Shown in pieces: positions 1-9,585 of a stretch of 42,115 bases of DNA; the stretch's first letter is position 1, and every line of letters begins with the position of its first letter. The stretch is taken from positions 1 through 42,115 of the IMG/VR virus record IMGVR_UViG_3300032212_000042. One strand, given 5' to 3'. Below the pieces are notes generated by a model that did no database searches, was not told the DNA's origin, and worked only from the letters and a program-made list of their open reading frames with translations. The position numbers and the translations under genes were made by a program. The DNA is from a virus (Duplodnaviria > Caudoviricetes).

Positions 1-127
1 CGCGCGGGTACATGGAATCAGCAAAGGGCGGATGGTTTAATTAGTCAATTTGGTAAAACACAAAAAGCGCCAACAACGAGGACAGTGCTAGAAGGTGCTG
101 AAAGAGTTAACCAGGAATGGGATGCTA
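1..127. repeat. Terminal direct repeat, copy 1 (contig circularisation overlap)
   Basis: 1..127 is identical to 41989..42115; it lies inside a CDS that reads in frame across the join. Confidence 0.95.
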
Positions 128-828
128 AAAAAGGTGTATGGAAAGAAGTCGGAAGAGGTATTACTTCTCAACAGACAGGTGAGCCTGGTTCTTTCGATCT
201 AACTAAATCAGGTAAGAGCAAAATACAAGTAGAACGCGCAGATGCACAAGTAAGGCTTGAGAAGAAATTAAGAGGCTATGATTTTATTGAAGGATTGGTG
301 AAAAATCCAGATTTTGTCGGCGGCATAACAGGAAAGACGATTGGTCTAGTAAATAGTGCAGCGGCTCAGTTTAGACAAACAACCGGCGATGATCCGATTA
401 TTAATAATGGAAGAATTGATTTAAATCAAATAGACCCTGATTCAACTTTATTTAAGCGCTTAAGAAAAGCGGGTGTAATTAATGATCAATTGCAAGCAGC
501 TACAGTAGAACTTGCTTATATTATGGCTAAGGATAACGATAAAGGTGGCCGAGTCACAGATAAAGACTACCAAGCAGCCGAGAGCATGCTGGGTTCAAGT
601 GCGGACAGGGCTTCACGTTTATCTGTATTGGATAATCGTCGAGATGAAGATATTACATCCTATAATGATCAGGAGCGTATATTTGGACAACGGTTTAAAG
701 GGTATGAGCCTAATTTATTTACACCAAAGAAAAAAGAAAGTCCAAAAGAATTTGACCTGGATACAGCGACTGATCAGGAAAAAGATTTAGAGATACAACG
801 ATTAATGAGAGAAATCGGTGCCCAATAA
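1..828 (+). CDS. C-terminal part of putative internal virion/DNA ejection protein (P22 gp20-like position); full ORF join(41659..41988,1..828), 385 aa
   Basis: Frame 1 is open from base 1 (RAGTWNQQRADG...) and continues the ORF starting ATG 41659; middle of three consecutive ejection-type genes. Confidence 0.7.
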   Translation, partial: RAGTWNQQRADGLISQFGKTQKAPTTRTVLEGAERVNQEWDAKKGVWKEVGRGITSQQTGEPGSFDLTKSGKSKIQVERADAQVRLEKKLRGYDFIEGLVKNPDFVGGITGKTIGLVNSAAAQFRQTTGDDPIINNGRIDLNQIDPDSTLFKRLRKAGVINDQLQAATVELAYIMAKDNDKGGRVTDKDYQAAESMLGSSADRASRLSVLDNRRDEDITSYNDQERIFGQRFKGYEPNLFTPKKKESPKEFDLDTATDQEKDLEIQRLMREIGAQ

Positions 829-3808
829 AGATGAGATAATTCGTTCTCTCAGGCAAATACAATCTATGCCTGATAAAAATAGCCAGATAGTCGCGCTTAG
901 ACAATTAAAAGCAGGTACATTTTCGCCTACTGAAGGCAAGTTTAATATTGACACAACACCTGTTCCAGTTGATAAAGGTTTTAGCACGCTAACAGAGAAA
1001 AACTTACAAAATCAATTTGGAACCCGTGTAGGGAGTGAGCAAAGCCGATTATTGGCTGAGCAAACCCCAGGACAAGCCGCAATTGATCCTGAAGGTTTTA
1101 GTACAAAAACCGGTGAATTTGCTTTCCCACATGTACCGATTGATAAACAAGAAAGAGCCGATGAAGGTGTTGATATTTATACAGGCGCACCAGCAAAAAT
1201 AAGAGCATTAGCGTCTACGGTGCCAAATCGTGAACAGCCTACTTTCTTGAAAGAGAATATGTCAGAGGCATTAGGCTATGAAACAGATGTTAGGAAAGCA
1301 CCTAATGGTGATATAGAATATTTAAAAAAAACCGATGACAATAAAATGCGCTGGACATCTGTTAATGAAACAGGGCTTGCCGGTGGTGATATTGCGGCTG
1401 TTTTAGAAACAGGGCCGGCATTAGTCGGTGATGTTGCAGGCAGTATTGCAGCAGGCGCTAAGGCAAGTAAATTAGGTGCGCCTATAGCCGTTCCTGTTGA
1501 GGCATTGGGTGCAGCAGTGGGTACAGCAGCAGGCGAAGGGCTTAGACTAGGCGTGGGCAAGGTGATAGGTACGCATGATGCCTCTGTGTTTAGTGAAGCC
1601 CTAAAAGAAGGACAAAAGGCAGGAGTAGCAGCATTGGCGGCTGGATTCACAGTCGCTGGTATTCAACGAGCGGTCAGGGGCTCAATGGGTGGATTAACAG
1701 GAAAAGATGTTGAAGATATCTTAAACTACCAAAACCCTAAAACACTGGAAGCTCAAGACAAAATAAATAAAAAGCTAGCAGGTACAGAAGGTGCGGAAGA
1801 TGCCTCTATCATTCAAGAGCAAATTGGTCCTCTGCCTGAAGAAAACTACAGGCAGAGGCTAGAAAATGCGGTTGATATTCCTGAGAGTGAATTACCTGCC
1901 TCACTTCAACAACAGGCAGACACGTTATTTGATATTCCTTCATCTGAAAGACGATTAAAATTATCCGCAGGCCAAACATCTGAAGGTCGTATTATAGCTG
2001 ATCAGGAAGCGACCGCGAGAGCGGATAGTCGTGCAGCAGATAGAGCCGCAAGACAGCGAGAAGAAGAGAATATTAATGCGTTTGAAGATCATTTTGACTT
2101 ATTGACCGGTAGCCGGTCAGATGACTATGAAAAGGCAGGTCAGGCTGTTCAGTCTGCGTTAAGAGCACAAACACAGCCCAGGCTTAATGCAATTAGAGCT
2201 CAGGTTAGAAATTATACGAAAGATGCAAGTGATGATATATCAAAATTAGGCATTACTGATGTATCGAGAATGGCTCAAGATATGCAGATGGCAGCCGTTG
2301 AGCAAAGACGCTTACTGAAAGAGGTTGAAACGGCTAAGTGGGATGAGATAGGGCGACTCTCTGGGTATGATGCGAATAGAGATGTGTCAGAAATAATTAT
2401 CCCAAGATCAAAAGAGTTGGATAATGCACTTAGTCGTATGTCTCATAAGATGAGAAATTCATTATTTGATCAAGAAAAGAAACTTAAAAAGCAGTTGCTA
2501 GGAAAAGATTTTGCAGGAGAAGAAACTCAAATAATTAGCCCGGATGGTGACGTTATTAGCAGCTTCTTAACCAAGGGTAAGCAGGAATTTGATTTGGTTC
2601 CGCTGAATCGTTCAATCTCTTTTCTAAAGAAATTAAAAAGACAATCAGAAAGCGGCCTTCACCCTGATTTGCCAAGTAAAAAGGATATTATCGATATATT
2701 GTCGCCAATGGAGTATATGAGAGATAATTTTCTAGCAAAAAACCGCCCTGATATTCTTGAGACAATTGAAGATGCTCAGCAATTAACATTTGAGCGCGTG
2801 AGAATGTTTGATGATGGCGCAGTAGGGAGAATTCTACAGAAGACAAATGGACGTTATCACCTGGATGATAAAGGCGTTTTATCGACGGTTTTTGCTAATG
2901 GTAAGGGTGAGGCTGCCAGACAATATGCAACAGCGATAATGGGTGACCCAAGAGCTATGCAGGCGGCCAGAAACCATATTCATGCACTTTATCGGCTTAA
3001 TGTAGCACCCAGTGGCATACCTGATAGAAAATTACATAAAAAATTTGTAACAGAATTTAAAGATGTAATGAGCCCTTTCTTCAAAAAAGAAGATATGAAT
3101 AAAATAAAAAACTTAGGCAATATGTCTACGGTGATAAATAGTCATGCTAAAAAACTAGACAAGGTGGAAAAAGCTTTTGCAAAAAGCTTAAGAGGGCGTG
3201 TTCAGAATATGAGTCCTGAAAACACGGTACCTGCTTTCTTTAAAAAACCCAGCAAAGAGAGTCCATCAGGGTTTACAAAGTCGGATGTATCTAATCTTAA
3301 AGGTTATTTGGCCTCTACTGATATACGTGCTTTAAATGATTATAAATCAGCGATATCGGCTGAAATACGGTCTAGAATACATAAAGGGCCTGATCAAGGA
3401 TTTTCGGCCTCCTCTGTTGATAAGTTATTAAAGGACACCGGTGATATTGAGGGTCGGGGGAAATTGAGTGAATTATTTGGTAACCAATATGCTGCTGATT
3501 TAAGAACATTTAAAACGGCTTTAGAAGGCTTTGAGAAAACAGGCCGATCTTTTGAGAAGATAACGTCAAGTGTGACAGCAACGGCAGGAAAAGTAATTGT
3601 TGGACCATTAGACCCTCGTTCAAGAGGGATTAGCTTTTTAGAGAAGTTAAGACTTAAATCAACTGATGAGGCTTTATACGATATAATGAGCAATCCAGAA
3701 AAGTTGAGAATGGTGCTAAAAAATCGTAATATTGATTCAACAACAAGACGCGCTATTGAGCTATATTCAAGCATTGGCGCTTTATCAGCAATGAATGAAG
3801 AAAGGTAA
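818..3808 (+). CDS. Large internal virion/DNA ejection protein (P22 gp16-like position)
   Basis: 996 aa; Gly/Ala-rich hydrophobic segment (GDVAGSIAAGA...GAAVGTAAGEG) followed by helical charged region; third of the ejection triad. Confidence 0.65.
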   Translation: MPNKDEIIRSLRQIQSMPDKNSQIVALRQLKAGTFSPTEGKFNIDTTPVPVDKGFSTLTEKNLQNQFGTRVGSEQSRLLAEQTPGQAAIDPEGFSTKTGEFAFPHVPIDKQERADEGVDIYTGAPAKIRALASTVPNREQPTFLKENMSEALGYETDVRKAPNGDIEYLKKTDDNKMRWTSVNETGLAGGDIAAVLETGPALVGDVAGSIAAGAKASKLGAPIAVPVEALGAAVGTAAGEGLRLGVGKVIGTHDASVFSEALKEGQKAGVAALAAGFTVAGIQRAVRGSMGGLTGKDVEDILNYQNPKTLEAQDKINKKLAGTEGAEDASIIQEQIGPLPEENYRQRLENAVDIPESELPASLQQQADTLFDIPSSERRLKLSAGQTSEGRIIADQEATARADSRAADRAARQREEENINAFEDHFDLLTGSRSDDYEKAGQAVQSALRAQTQPRLNAIRAQVRNYTKDASDDISKLGITDVSRMAQDMQMAAVEQRRLLKEVETAKWDEIGRLSGYDANRDVSEIIIPRSKELDNALSRMSHKMRNSLFDQEKKLKKQLLGKDFAGEETQIISPDGDVISSFLTKGKQEFDLVPLNRSISFLKKLKRQSESGLHPDLPSKKDIIDILSPMEYMRDNFLAKNRPDILETIEDAQQLTFERVRMFDDGAVGRILQKTNGRYHLDDKGVLSTVFANGKGEAARQYATAIMGDPRAMQAARNHIHALYRLNVAPSGIPDRKLHKKFVTEFKDVMSPFFKKEDMNKIKNLGNMSTVINSHAKKLDKVEKAFAKSLRGRVQNMSPENTVPAFFKKPSKESPSGFTKSDVSNLKGYLASTDIRALNDYKSAISAEIRSRIHKGPDQGFSASSVDKLLKDTGDIEGRGKLSELFGNQYAADLRTFKTALEGFEKTGRSFEKITSSVTATAGKVIVGPLDPRSRGISFLEKLRLKSTDEALYDIMSNPEKLRMVLKNRNIDSTTRRAIELYSSIGALSAMNEER

Positions 3809-3813
3809 ATATA

Positions 3814-4272
3814 ATGGCTAACAGCGGAACAGAAATAATCAGTCATGCGACACCTGATGCCGCCACTGAAAAGGTGCTTCAAGACTATTCTGATGGTAAT
3901 AAACATGTTTTAAACAAATCCATCGGTGCAGGCGCTAGAAACCCAACCACTAGCACGGTAAGCTATATCGTTACAAGGGAGGAATGTAACCTAACGATTA
4001 TTGATATACAAACCACCGTAACAATCGGCGGTGGCGTGGCTAATGATACCCACCTGATGGGAATACAAATCAACGTGGCTTTAACGGGAACTTGTGTTAT
4101 TACCGGGTTTGAAGGATCAGCAGGCACTGCTATTAGCATCACGTTACCGGCTGCAACCACAGCAGGATTCATTGACTTTAAGGGCGCTATAAATTCCAAG
4201 GGTGCGCTAACAGTTACCTGCTCAAATGTGGCAGATGATAATAACGTGCAAGTGCTTTGGAGACCCATATAA
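3814..4272 (+). CDS. Hypothetical virion protein, beta-rich
   Basis: 152 aa Thr/Gly/Val-rich ORF in late operon with AAGG RBS; TAATG overlap with next gene. Confidence 0.55.
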   Translation: MANSGTEIISHATPDAATEKVLQDYSDGNKHVLNKSIGAGARNPTTSTVSYIVTREECNLTIIDIQTTVTIGGGVANDTHLMGIQINVALTGTCVITGFEGSAGTAISITLPAATTAGFIDFKGAINSKGALTVTCSNVADDNNVQVLWRPI

Positions 4273-5966
4273 TGAGTACAGTCGCTGATTATTATTCAGA
4301 CAGGGTTGATATTGCCCCTGTAGAAGCATCCGACCCAGACCTGCTAGAAGATATTTCATTCGGTGATTATGCTACTACAGCAGAATTCACCACAGCCAAT
4401 ACAGAATGGTCGGTTGTTGGCTCGCCTACTTGGTCAACGGATGGCGTTAAAGTAACGGCTGCTGGATCAGTTATTAAGATGGCATCAACCCCTACATGGC
4501 TTGCTAGTCTAATCACAGCAGAAGAGGGCACAATATATATGGAGTGTGAGCGTGCTGGATTAACCGTTGATGAAAGCGATATATCAACGAAGTTTTTACA
4601 ATCATCAGGGCGTGTTAATGCAACGGATGGCGCGTATTTAATGGCCATGTATTTTAATCGATGGGATACAAAGGCGCATTTTTTCAGGGGAACAAAAGTA
4701 CAGGCGGGGGCCTGTTTTACTAATCTTGATGATCCTACAGCCGCAGAGCAAAACCTGGAAACGTACATGAATAGCCAGCCCAAGGCTAAAATGACGACCG
4801 CAGAAAGCGATATTGCAACGGTTGCCGTGACATGGAAAGGCTTAACGGTACAAACATTAATCGATGGACTACCTGTTAACACCACTACATTAGGTGAAAT
4901 CTTTGGTGCTGCAGTCTTTGGTTTATTTGCGATTGGTAATGACGATGTCAGCGCCACTCGAATGTTTGGTGATTACAATATAAAACGGCTACAAGTTACT
5001 AAACGTCATTCTTTACTGGTTGCTAATCCAATGAGGCTCGCTTTTATCGGCGATTCTTTTATGAAGGCGTACACTGACAGTGTTGATATAACACAATTAT
5101 CTGATATCGGGCTTTTATATGATGGTACGGGTGGCGCGGGTACACATGCTGGGCTTGCAGAATTTATTCGCCTATTTGCGGTTAATCATAACTTTGTATT
5201 AACGGGTATTCGTGCGGGTATTGCCTGTGAAAATCAATCAGGTTGGGCAACGGATTTTCCGAACACAATTGATTCGACTCAAACAGACCATATTATTGCA
5301 TATGACCCGGAAATATTGATAACAGCGGGCTCGATTAATGATGTAAATACAGTAGCGCCCGCCGTTGATATTTATACGGATACAAAAACCATACTTGATA
5401 CGTTGATTGATGGGTGCAGATCATTAAGAGAGGTTCACTTTTTTGAGCAGTTCGCGGGACATCAAGGTAGTCTGGCGCAAGGTGCCGATCATATAGCGGA
5501 GTACAAGCGGTTATCAGCCTTACAATCAGCTTTAAATGGGTATCAACGAAGTAATGCAGCAGGTGAGACCTGCACTGTATTCTTCCATGAGACTTATGAT
5601 GCATGGGGTGGTGATGATTATGATGTTAATTTAAGCGGTGCGGCTAATGTTGTGAATGTATCGAGTATTAGCGGTAATGGCACCACTGTTACGGTAGATA
5701 CGACAGAAGACCATAACTTAGGAACATCTAGCGTTATCGTTCTGCAAAATACCGGGACATCACATGATGGAGTGGCTAATAATGTGGATTCAGTCACAGA
5801 CGTTAATACGTTTACTTTTCTTGATTCATCTACTGATTCGTCATCAGCCGGCACCTGCACACAACAGGACATCCACCCGTCTTCATTAGGACACGTTAAA
5901 ATGGCAGAAATTAAGTACGATGCTATACAACACCGACTGTCTACGATTCCCATTTTAACTGGATAA
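4272..5966 (+). CDS. Tailspike-like protein: N-terminal ConA/LamG-like region plus SGNH/GDSL esterase
   Basis: SGNH blocks RLAFIGDSF, AGSIND and DIHP; start placed at ATG 4272 (TAATG coupling). Confidence 0.7.
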   Translation: MSTVADYYSDRVDIAPVEASDPDLLEDISFGDYATTAEFTTANTEWSVVGSPTWSTDGVKVTAAGSVIKMASTPTWLASLITAEEGTIYMECERAGLTVDESDISTKFLQSSGRVNATDGAYLMAMYFNRWDTKAHFFRGTKVQAGACFTNLDDPTAAEQNLETYMNSQPKAKMTTAESDIATVAVTWKGLTVQTLIDGLPVNTTTLGEIFGAAVFGLFAIGNDDVSATRMFGDYNIKRLQVTKRHSLLVANPMRLAFIGDSFMKAYTDSVDITQLSDIGLLYDGTGGAGTHAGLAEFIRLFAVNHNFVLTGIRAGIACENQSGWATDFPNTIDSTQTDHIIAYDPEILITAGSINDVNTVAPAVDIYTDTKTILDTLIDGCRSLREVHFFEQFAGHQGSLAQGADHIAEYKRLSALQSALNGYQRSNAAGETCTVFFHETYDAWGGDDYDVNLSGAANVVNVSSISGNGTTVTVDTTEDHNLGTSSVIVLQNTGTSHDGVANNVDSVTDVNTFTFLDSSTDSSSAGTCTQQDIHPSSLGHVKMAEIKYDAIQHRLSTIPILTG

Positions 5967-5969
5967 ACT

Positions 5970-6371
5970 ATGATATTTACTATAAAGCGCGTATCCACAG
6001 ATAAAGACGGTACATTTGGTGTATTGTTGTTTAATAATACACCCTTTGCTGTAACACTTGAAAGGCAATGGCTAAACAATAAGCCCAGTATTTCCTGTAT
6101 CCCCGCAGGTAATTATATTTGTAAGCGGGTAAATAGCCCCAAGTTCGGTGATACATTTGAGATTACAGGTGTACCAGGAAGAACGCACATTCTCTTTCAC
6201 AAGGGAAATGTAGACAATGATTCACATGGTTGTGTGCTTATTGGAGAGAAGTTCGGGATATTAGGGGCTGATTCTGCTATATTGGACAGCAAAGGAGGCT
6301 TTAATGAGTTTATGGCTATCCTGAAAGAAGTAGATGATTTTAACTTAACCATTGAAAATAAATGGAGCTAA
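5970..6371 (+). CDS. DUF5675-family protein, candidate peptidoglycan-acting lysis enzyme
   Basis: TLE...SCIPAG.Y...VPGRTHILFHKGN...DSHGCVLIG signature; first gene of the membrane-protein/holin cluster. Confidence 0.75.
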   Translation: MIFTIKRVSTDKDGTFGVLLFNNTPFAVTLERQWLNNKPSISCIPAGNYICKRVNSPKFGDTFEITGVPGRTHILFHKGNVDNDSHGCVLIGEKFGILGADSAILDSKGGFNEFMAILKEVDDFNLTIENKWS

Positions 6372-6373
6372 TT

Positions 6374-6430
6374 ATGCCAAAAAATCCAACTAAGAAACCA
6401 AAAAATAAGCCAAAGCCAAAGCCTAAATGA
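6374..6430 (+). CDS. 18-aa Lys/Pro-rich micropeptide MPKNPTKKPKNKPKPKPK
   Basis: GGAG RBS at 6364-6367, ATG 6374; stop TGA overlaps ATG 6427 (ATGA). Confidence 0.5.
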   Translation: MPKNPTKKPKNKPKPKPK

Positions 6431-6939
6431 ACTTTCTTGAAGTTTTAGGAATAGTTGATTACTTATTAATCTTCACTGCTTTTGGTGTTGCAGTATTAGG
6501 GCTTTTCTCAAGATATAAATTAATACCGGCTATTTTGCTATCTGAATATTGCATTATGATCGGATTCGAGACCATGGCGGTAATTTCATGTTGCGAGACT
6601 ATACCGGATGCCGTTAACTACCATCTAATCAGGTCAACCATTATGTTGATCTTTTTCTTGATCTACCTCAATTTTAATAGCAAGTTCCAGACCTATTTAT
6701 CGCTTTTATGCGTCATTTATTTGACATATATCACACTTTTGACAAATTATAATATAATTGCTATAACTGATTCATTAAGTATTGGTTCGGATTATGAAGT
6801 AGACGTGATATTAGCCGTTTTATATGCAATACGTTTATTTGTGTGTTTGCTAGAGGTTTTAAATGGTTATGGTCTTCTGAATGATTATCGGCGCATGTTT
6901 AACCATTTTTGGCGTGGCACTGTTAATCGCGATCATTAG
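6427..6939 (+). CDS. Multi-pass membrane protein
   Basis: 170 aa with about five hydrophobic segments. Confidence 0.65.
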   Translation: MNFLEVLGIVDYLLIFTAFGVAVLGLFSRYKLIPAILLSEYCIMIGFETMAVISCCETIPDAVNYHLIRSTIMLIFFLIYLNFNSKFQTYLSLLCVIYLTYITLLTNYNIIAITDSLSIGSDYEVDVILAVLYAIRLFVCLLEVLNGYGLLNDYRRMFNHFWRGTVNRDH

Positions 6940-6950
6940 AGGGGTTATTC

Positions 6951-7205
6951 ATGGGCACAACACAAACACAGCAGACAAGTCCGACGAATGATCACTCACA
7001 TCAGACCCAGCAAATGGATTTAATCGGCATACTGGCTACAATGGTCATTGCGTTAATTGTTTATATCTTCAATAGAAACGTTAACAAAACAAGCGAGCAG
7101 TTTAAGGACATGATGAGATTGCACGAAGAAAGCGAAAAAAAGATAGATTACGCCCATGACCGAATAACAAAGCATGTAGAAGATTACCACACAGAAAAGA
7201 GGTAA
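6951..7205 (+). CDS. Single-TM plus coiled-coil protein (holin/antiholin-like)
   Basis: GAGGGG RBS; LIGILATMVIALIVYIF TM segment then charged helix; lysis cluster. Confidence 0.5.
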   Translation: MGTTQTQQTSPTNDHSHQTQQMDLIGILATMVIALIVYIFNRNVNKTSEQFKDMMRLHEESEKKIDYAHDRITKHVEDYHTEKR

Positions 7206-7209
7206 TAAT

Positions 7210-7464
7210 ATGACTGTCTTACTAGTAATACTCGGGTTTATAATTGGTTTATTAAGCTTTCCTTTAGTTATGTTCTTAAGAGCCAGACGTTCCAAGGAAT
7301 GGGATAATTCTAATATGCTAAACATGTATCGAGTAATCGCTCATATCTCTACCCGACCGGGTGACCTGTGGCACCTACAATTCCCAAATGGCACTAAGCC
7401 TTTTTGGTATTTAAATAAAGACGAATTATCAGAAGTCGTTAAAACCAAGTACGCGGGGGAATAA
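7210..7464 (+). CDS. Membrane-anchored hypothetical protein
   Basis: GAGG RBS; N-terminal hydrophobic helix. Confidence 0.6.
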   Translation: MTVLLVILGFIIGLLSFPLVMFLRARRSKEWDNSNMLNMYRVIAHISTRPGDLWHLQFPNGTKPFWYLNKDELSEVVKTKYAGE

Positions 7465-7868
7465 TGGCCTTATATGAAAAAGCAGCAACTAAAGCATTCG
7501 GTATCATTGATCAATTAGTAGATGATGGTGATTTAGCCGTTAAACTTAAGCATGAATTTCAAACACAGCTACTTACTACTAAAACACAGGGTTTTGTTGA
7601 TGGATCAGTAAAGATTCTCTTTGCCTTTAGAGATCTTATATTACCCATTCTAAGGCCCGTAGGCGCGTTTTATCTAACGACGAGGGGTGTTGATATGGCT
7701 ACAGCAGAATTAGCCGCAGGGGGCGACCTTTCTGCCCTATCTGTAGGCTTAACATCGGCGTTTCCTGGCTGGATGGGTGCAAGAGAGGTTAATAAAGGGC
7801 GTGAGCAGCGAGTTAAGCAAGATCGTGTTCTACGTGGTGCCGATGTGACTGATGAGGATTTCGAGTAA
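7464..7868 (+). CDS. Putative holin (3TM-holin-like)
   Basis: GIIDQLVDD...LKHE N-terminus, ILRP motif, hydrophobic segments, G..GAREVNK C-terminal motif; last late gene. Confidence 0.55.
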   Translation: MALYEKAATKAFGIIDQLVDDGDLAVKLKHEFQTQLLTTKTQGFVDGSVKILFAFRDLILPILRPVGAFYLTTRGVDMATAELAAGGDLSALSVGLTSAFPGWMGAREVNKGREQRVKQDRVLRGADVTDEDFE

Positions 7869-7872
7869 ATGA

Positions 7873-7893
7873 CCACCCCGCCTTAAAGGGTGG
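7873..7893. terminator. Hairpin at convergence of late and leftward early transcripts
   Basis: CCACCC-N9-GGGTGG between convergent genes; no good U-tract. Confidence 0.35.
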
Positions 7894-7923
7894 CCCCATT
7901 CTACCTTATCTCCTTTGGTTGGC

Positions 7924-8111
7924 TCATAAATCTGATCTTATTATTGTTTCTTTTGTCGTTGTTATCTTGATGATTCTTGCATCGTAAAGACTATGTTTTT
8001 CATAAGAATTATAGCAATCAAGCTCTTTAATCGTCTTTTTGTTGTCAAAGGAATGCCATTTTTGCTTAGGATCGGATTTTGTTCTAATTTGCATTTCATA
8101 TCTAACGCTCA
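7924..8111 (-). CDS. Hypothetical protein
   Basis: ORF; probable start is the internal ATG (MSVRYEMQ) after GGAG, coordinate approximate. Confidence 0.5.
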
Positions 8112-8181
8112 TATCAACTCCAAAACAAACCATAAATTAGTATCGACCAAAACGCTATCACTAACAGTGCATACGACAAAA

Positions 8182-8553
8182 TCATATATGCCAAATTCCT
8201 ACAAGTCCGGCAGCTCCGGCTTGCTGCGATAATGAACCGTATATTTGTCCTTGAGATAGCCTTGAATACGCTAATTGCCGATCAAAGTTTGTATTAGCAT
8301 TATATGGATGCTGTTCTCTAATTGGATAAACATTATTGCGTTTATTCTTTTCTATTTTCTCAGCAGCATCTAATAACTCACATATCGCCGGGTCATCATT
8401 AACAAGCATCGTTAAAACCCTGTTCTTAAGCTCGATACCTTCATATTCTTTAAGTTGTTCTTCTAATTGCTCAACACGTTTTTGATTGATATCAATTTGA
8501 CGGTTAAGATCGGCTATCTCGTCAATATGGAATAGCTTACTTAAAATACTCAT
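8182..8553 (-). CDS. Hypothetical coiled-coil protein
   Basis: 123 aa, GGGG RBS, heptad pattern. Confidence 0.65.
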   Translation of the reverse strand: MSILSKLFHIDEIADLNRQIDINQKRVEQLEEQLKEYEGIELKNRVLTMLVNDDPAICELLDAAEKIEKNKRNNVYPIREQHPYNANTNFDRQLAYSRLSQGQIYGSLSQQAGAAGLVGIWHI

Positions 8554-8555
8554 AA

Positions 8556-8741
8556 CGTATCCCCATTACATTTCCACAATCTAGTCTTTCCTGTATGCCC
8601 ATGCACCAGCCCAGCCTAGCATCCAACTAAATACCTTGTTGTTGTCAGGCCAATATTTAGTTGGAATTATTAAAACCATCTTATAGCAACAATAAGCAAT
8701 AAATTTTTCTATAATATTCACAGCGTATCCCCATTACATTT
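8556..8741. repeat. 18-bp direct repeat pair CGTATCCCCATTACATTT (8556-8573, 8724-8741)
   Basis: Exact copies; each holds the RBS of a minus-strand gene. Confidence 0.85.
8581..8721 (-). CDS. 46-aa hypothetical protein (not in ORF track)
   Basis: GTG start behind the duplicated GGGG RBS; MNIIEKFIAYCCYK...WAYRKD. Confidence 0.55.
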   Translation of the reverse strand: MNIIEKFIAYCCYKMVLIIPTKYWPDNNKVFSWMLGWAGAWAYRKD

Positions 8742-8915
8742 ATAATGTTTAGCCCACCAGTGACCCCCGCAAGGGGTGTAGTTAGCCAGTAAATACTTAA
8801 CTGAGTAGTCAGTAATATCATCCTCATCCGCCTTGTCATAACCATCACCACAAGCATAAGATGAACTAGCAAACAGAAGACAGATAAGTAAGAGTATGCC
8901 GTGTAGTAGTTTCAT
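8718..8915 (-). CDS. Small exported protein
   Basis: Signal-peptide-like N-terminus ending ASSSYA; three Cys in mature part. Confidence 0.55.
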   Translation of the reverse strand: MKLLHGILLLICLLFASSSYACGDGYDKADEDDITDYSVKYLLANYTPCGGHWWAKHYKCNGDTL

Positions 8916-9200
8916 TTAAATCAAGCCTAGTGCTTTCTTCACAGCAACCGATGTTGATTTCATAAAATTAGGCTTTCTATTTAATTCGATTCCTCGACGA
9001 ATAAGTCTTAACTGTTTCATTCTTCCTCTTTGCATGGCTTTTGCTTTTAATGGGCTGCCACGACCATATTTATTTCTTCCAGACGTGCGGTTAGTTGCTG
9101 CCTTACAATACGGCTTCATTGCCTTTGGCTGCATTGAAACTATAACCCGTGGGTCTTGTATTTCTATAGCTTGCCTTTCTTTCCAAGTTAATTTATTCAT
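8916..9200 (-). CDS. Basic hypothetical protein
   Basis: GAGG RBS; 94 aa Arg/Lys-rich. Confidence 0.6.
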   Translation of the reverse strand: MNKLTWKERQAIEIQDPRVIVSMQPKAMKPYCKAATNRTSGRNKYGRGSPLKAKAMQRGRMKQLRLIRRGIELNRKPNFMKSTSVAVKKALGLI

Positions 9201-9304
9201 TTCTTTTTCCTCATTAAAAATAATCCAAAATTAAATTAATAACGGCAATAACAAGAATCATAGCCACATAAAATATAAATATTGCTGGCGCATCTTCTTG
9301 ACCA

Positions 9305-9535
9305 TTACTCATCTTCAAGCTCTAAATGTTCACGCGCATTTTGTACTAAGTACCAGGACTCAATAGTTAATCTGGTCTCATCTATCTCGGTTAGATATTT
9401 AAAAGCCTCCCTCATGTTATTCTTTAGCCATTCAATCTCTTTTCTAGACTGAATTAAGTCCTCGGCCATGTCTTCCTTCACACAAGCTAATTTACTATTT
9501 ACTATTTGTGCAAGTATTTCGTCAGAAATTTTCAT
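9305..9535 (-). CDS. Hypothetical protein
   Basis: AAGGTG RBS; 76 aa. Confidence 0.6.
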   Translation of the reverse strand: MKISDEILAQIVNSKLACVKEDMAEDLIQSRKEIEWLKNNMREAFKYLTEIDETRLTIESWYLVQNAREHLELEDE

Positions 9536-9545
9536 AATTCACCTT

Positions 9546-9572
9546 AAAAAGCCCCTCCTCACCCAGGAGGGG
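9546..9572 (-). terminator. Intrinsic terminator after SSB-like gene
   Basis: Minus strand CCCCTCCT-GGGTG-AGGAGGGG-CTTTTT. Confidence 0.8.
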
Positions 9573-9585
9573 AATTGCTTAGAAA

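Noticed and set aside
1276-6079. Long antisense ORFs within late genes (1276, 3394, 3963, 4367, 5618; likewise 37872, 38869)
   Set aside because: Shadows of well-supported + strand genes, with no RBS or motifs.
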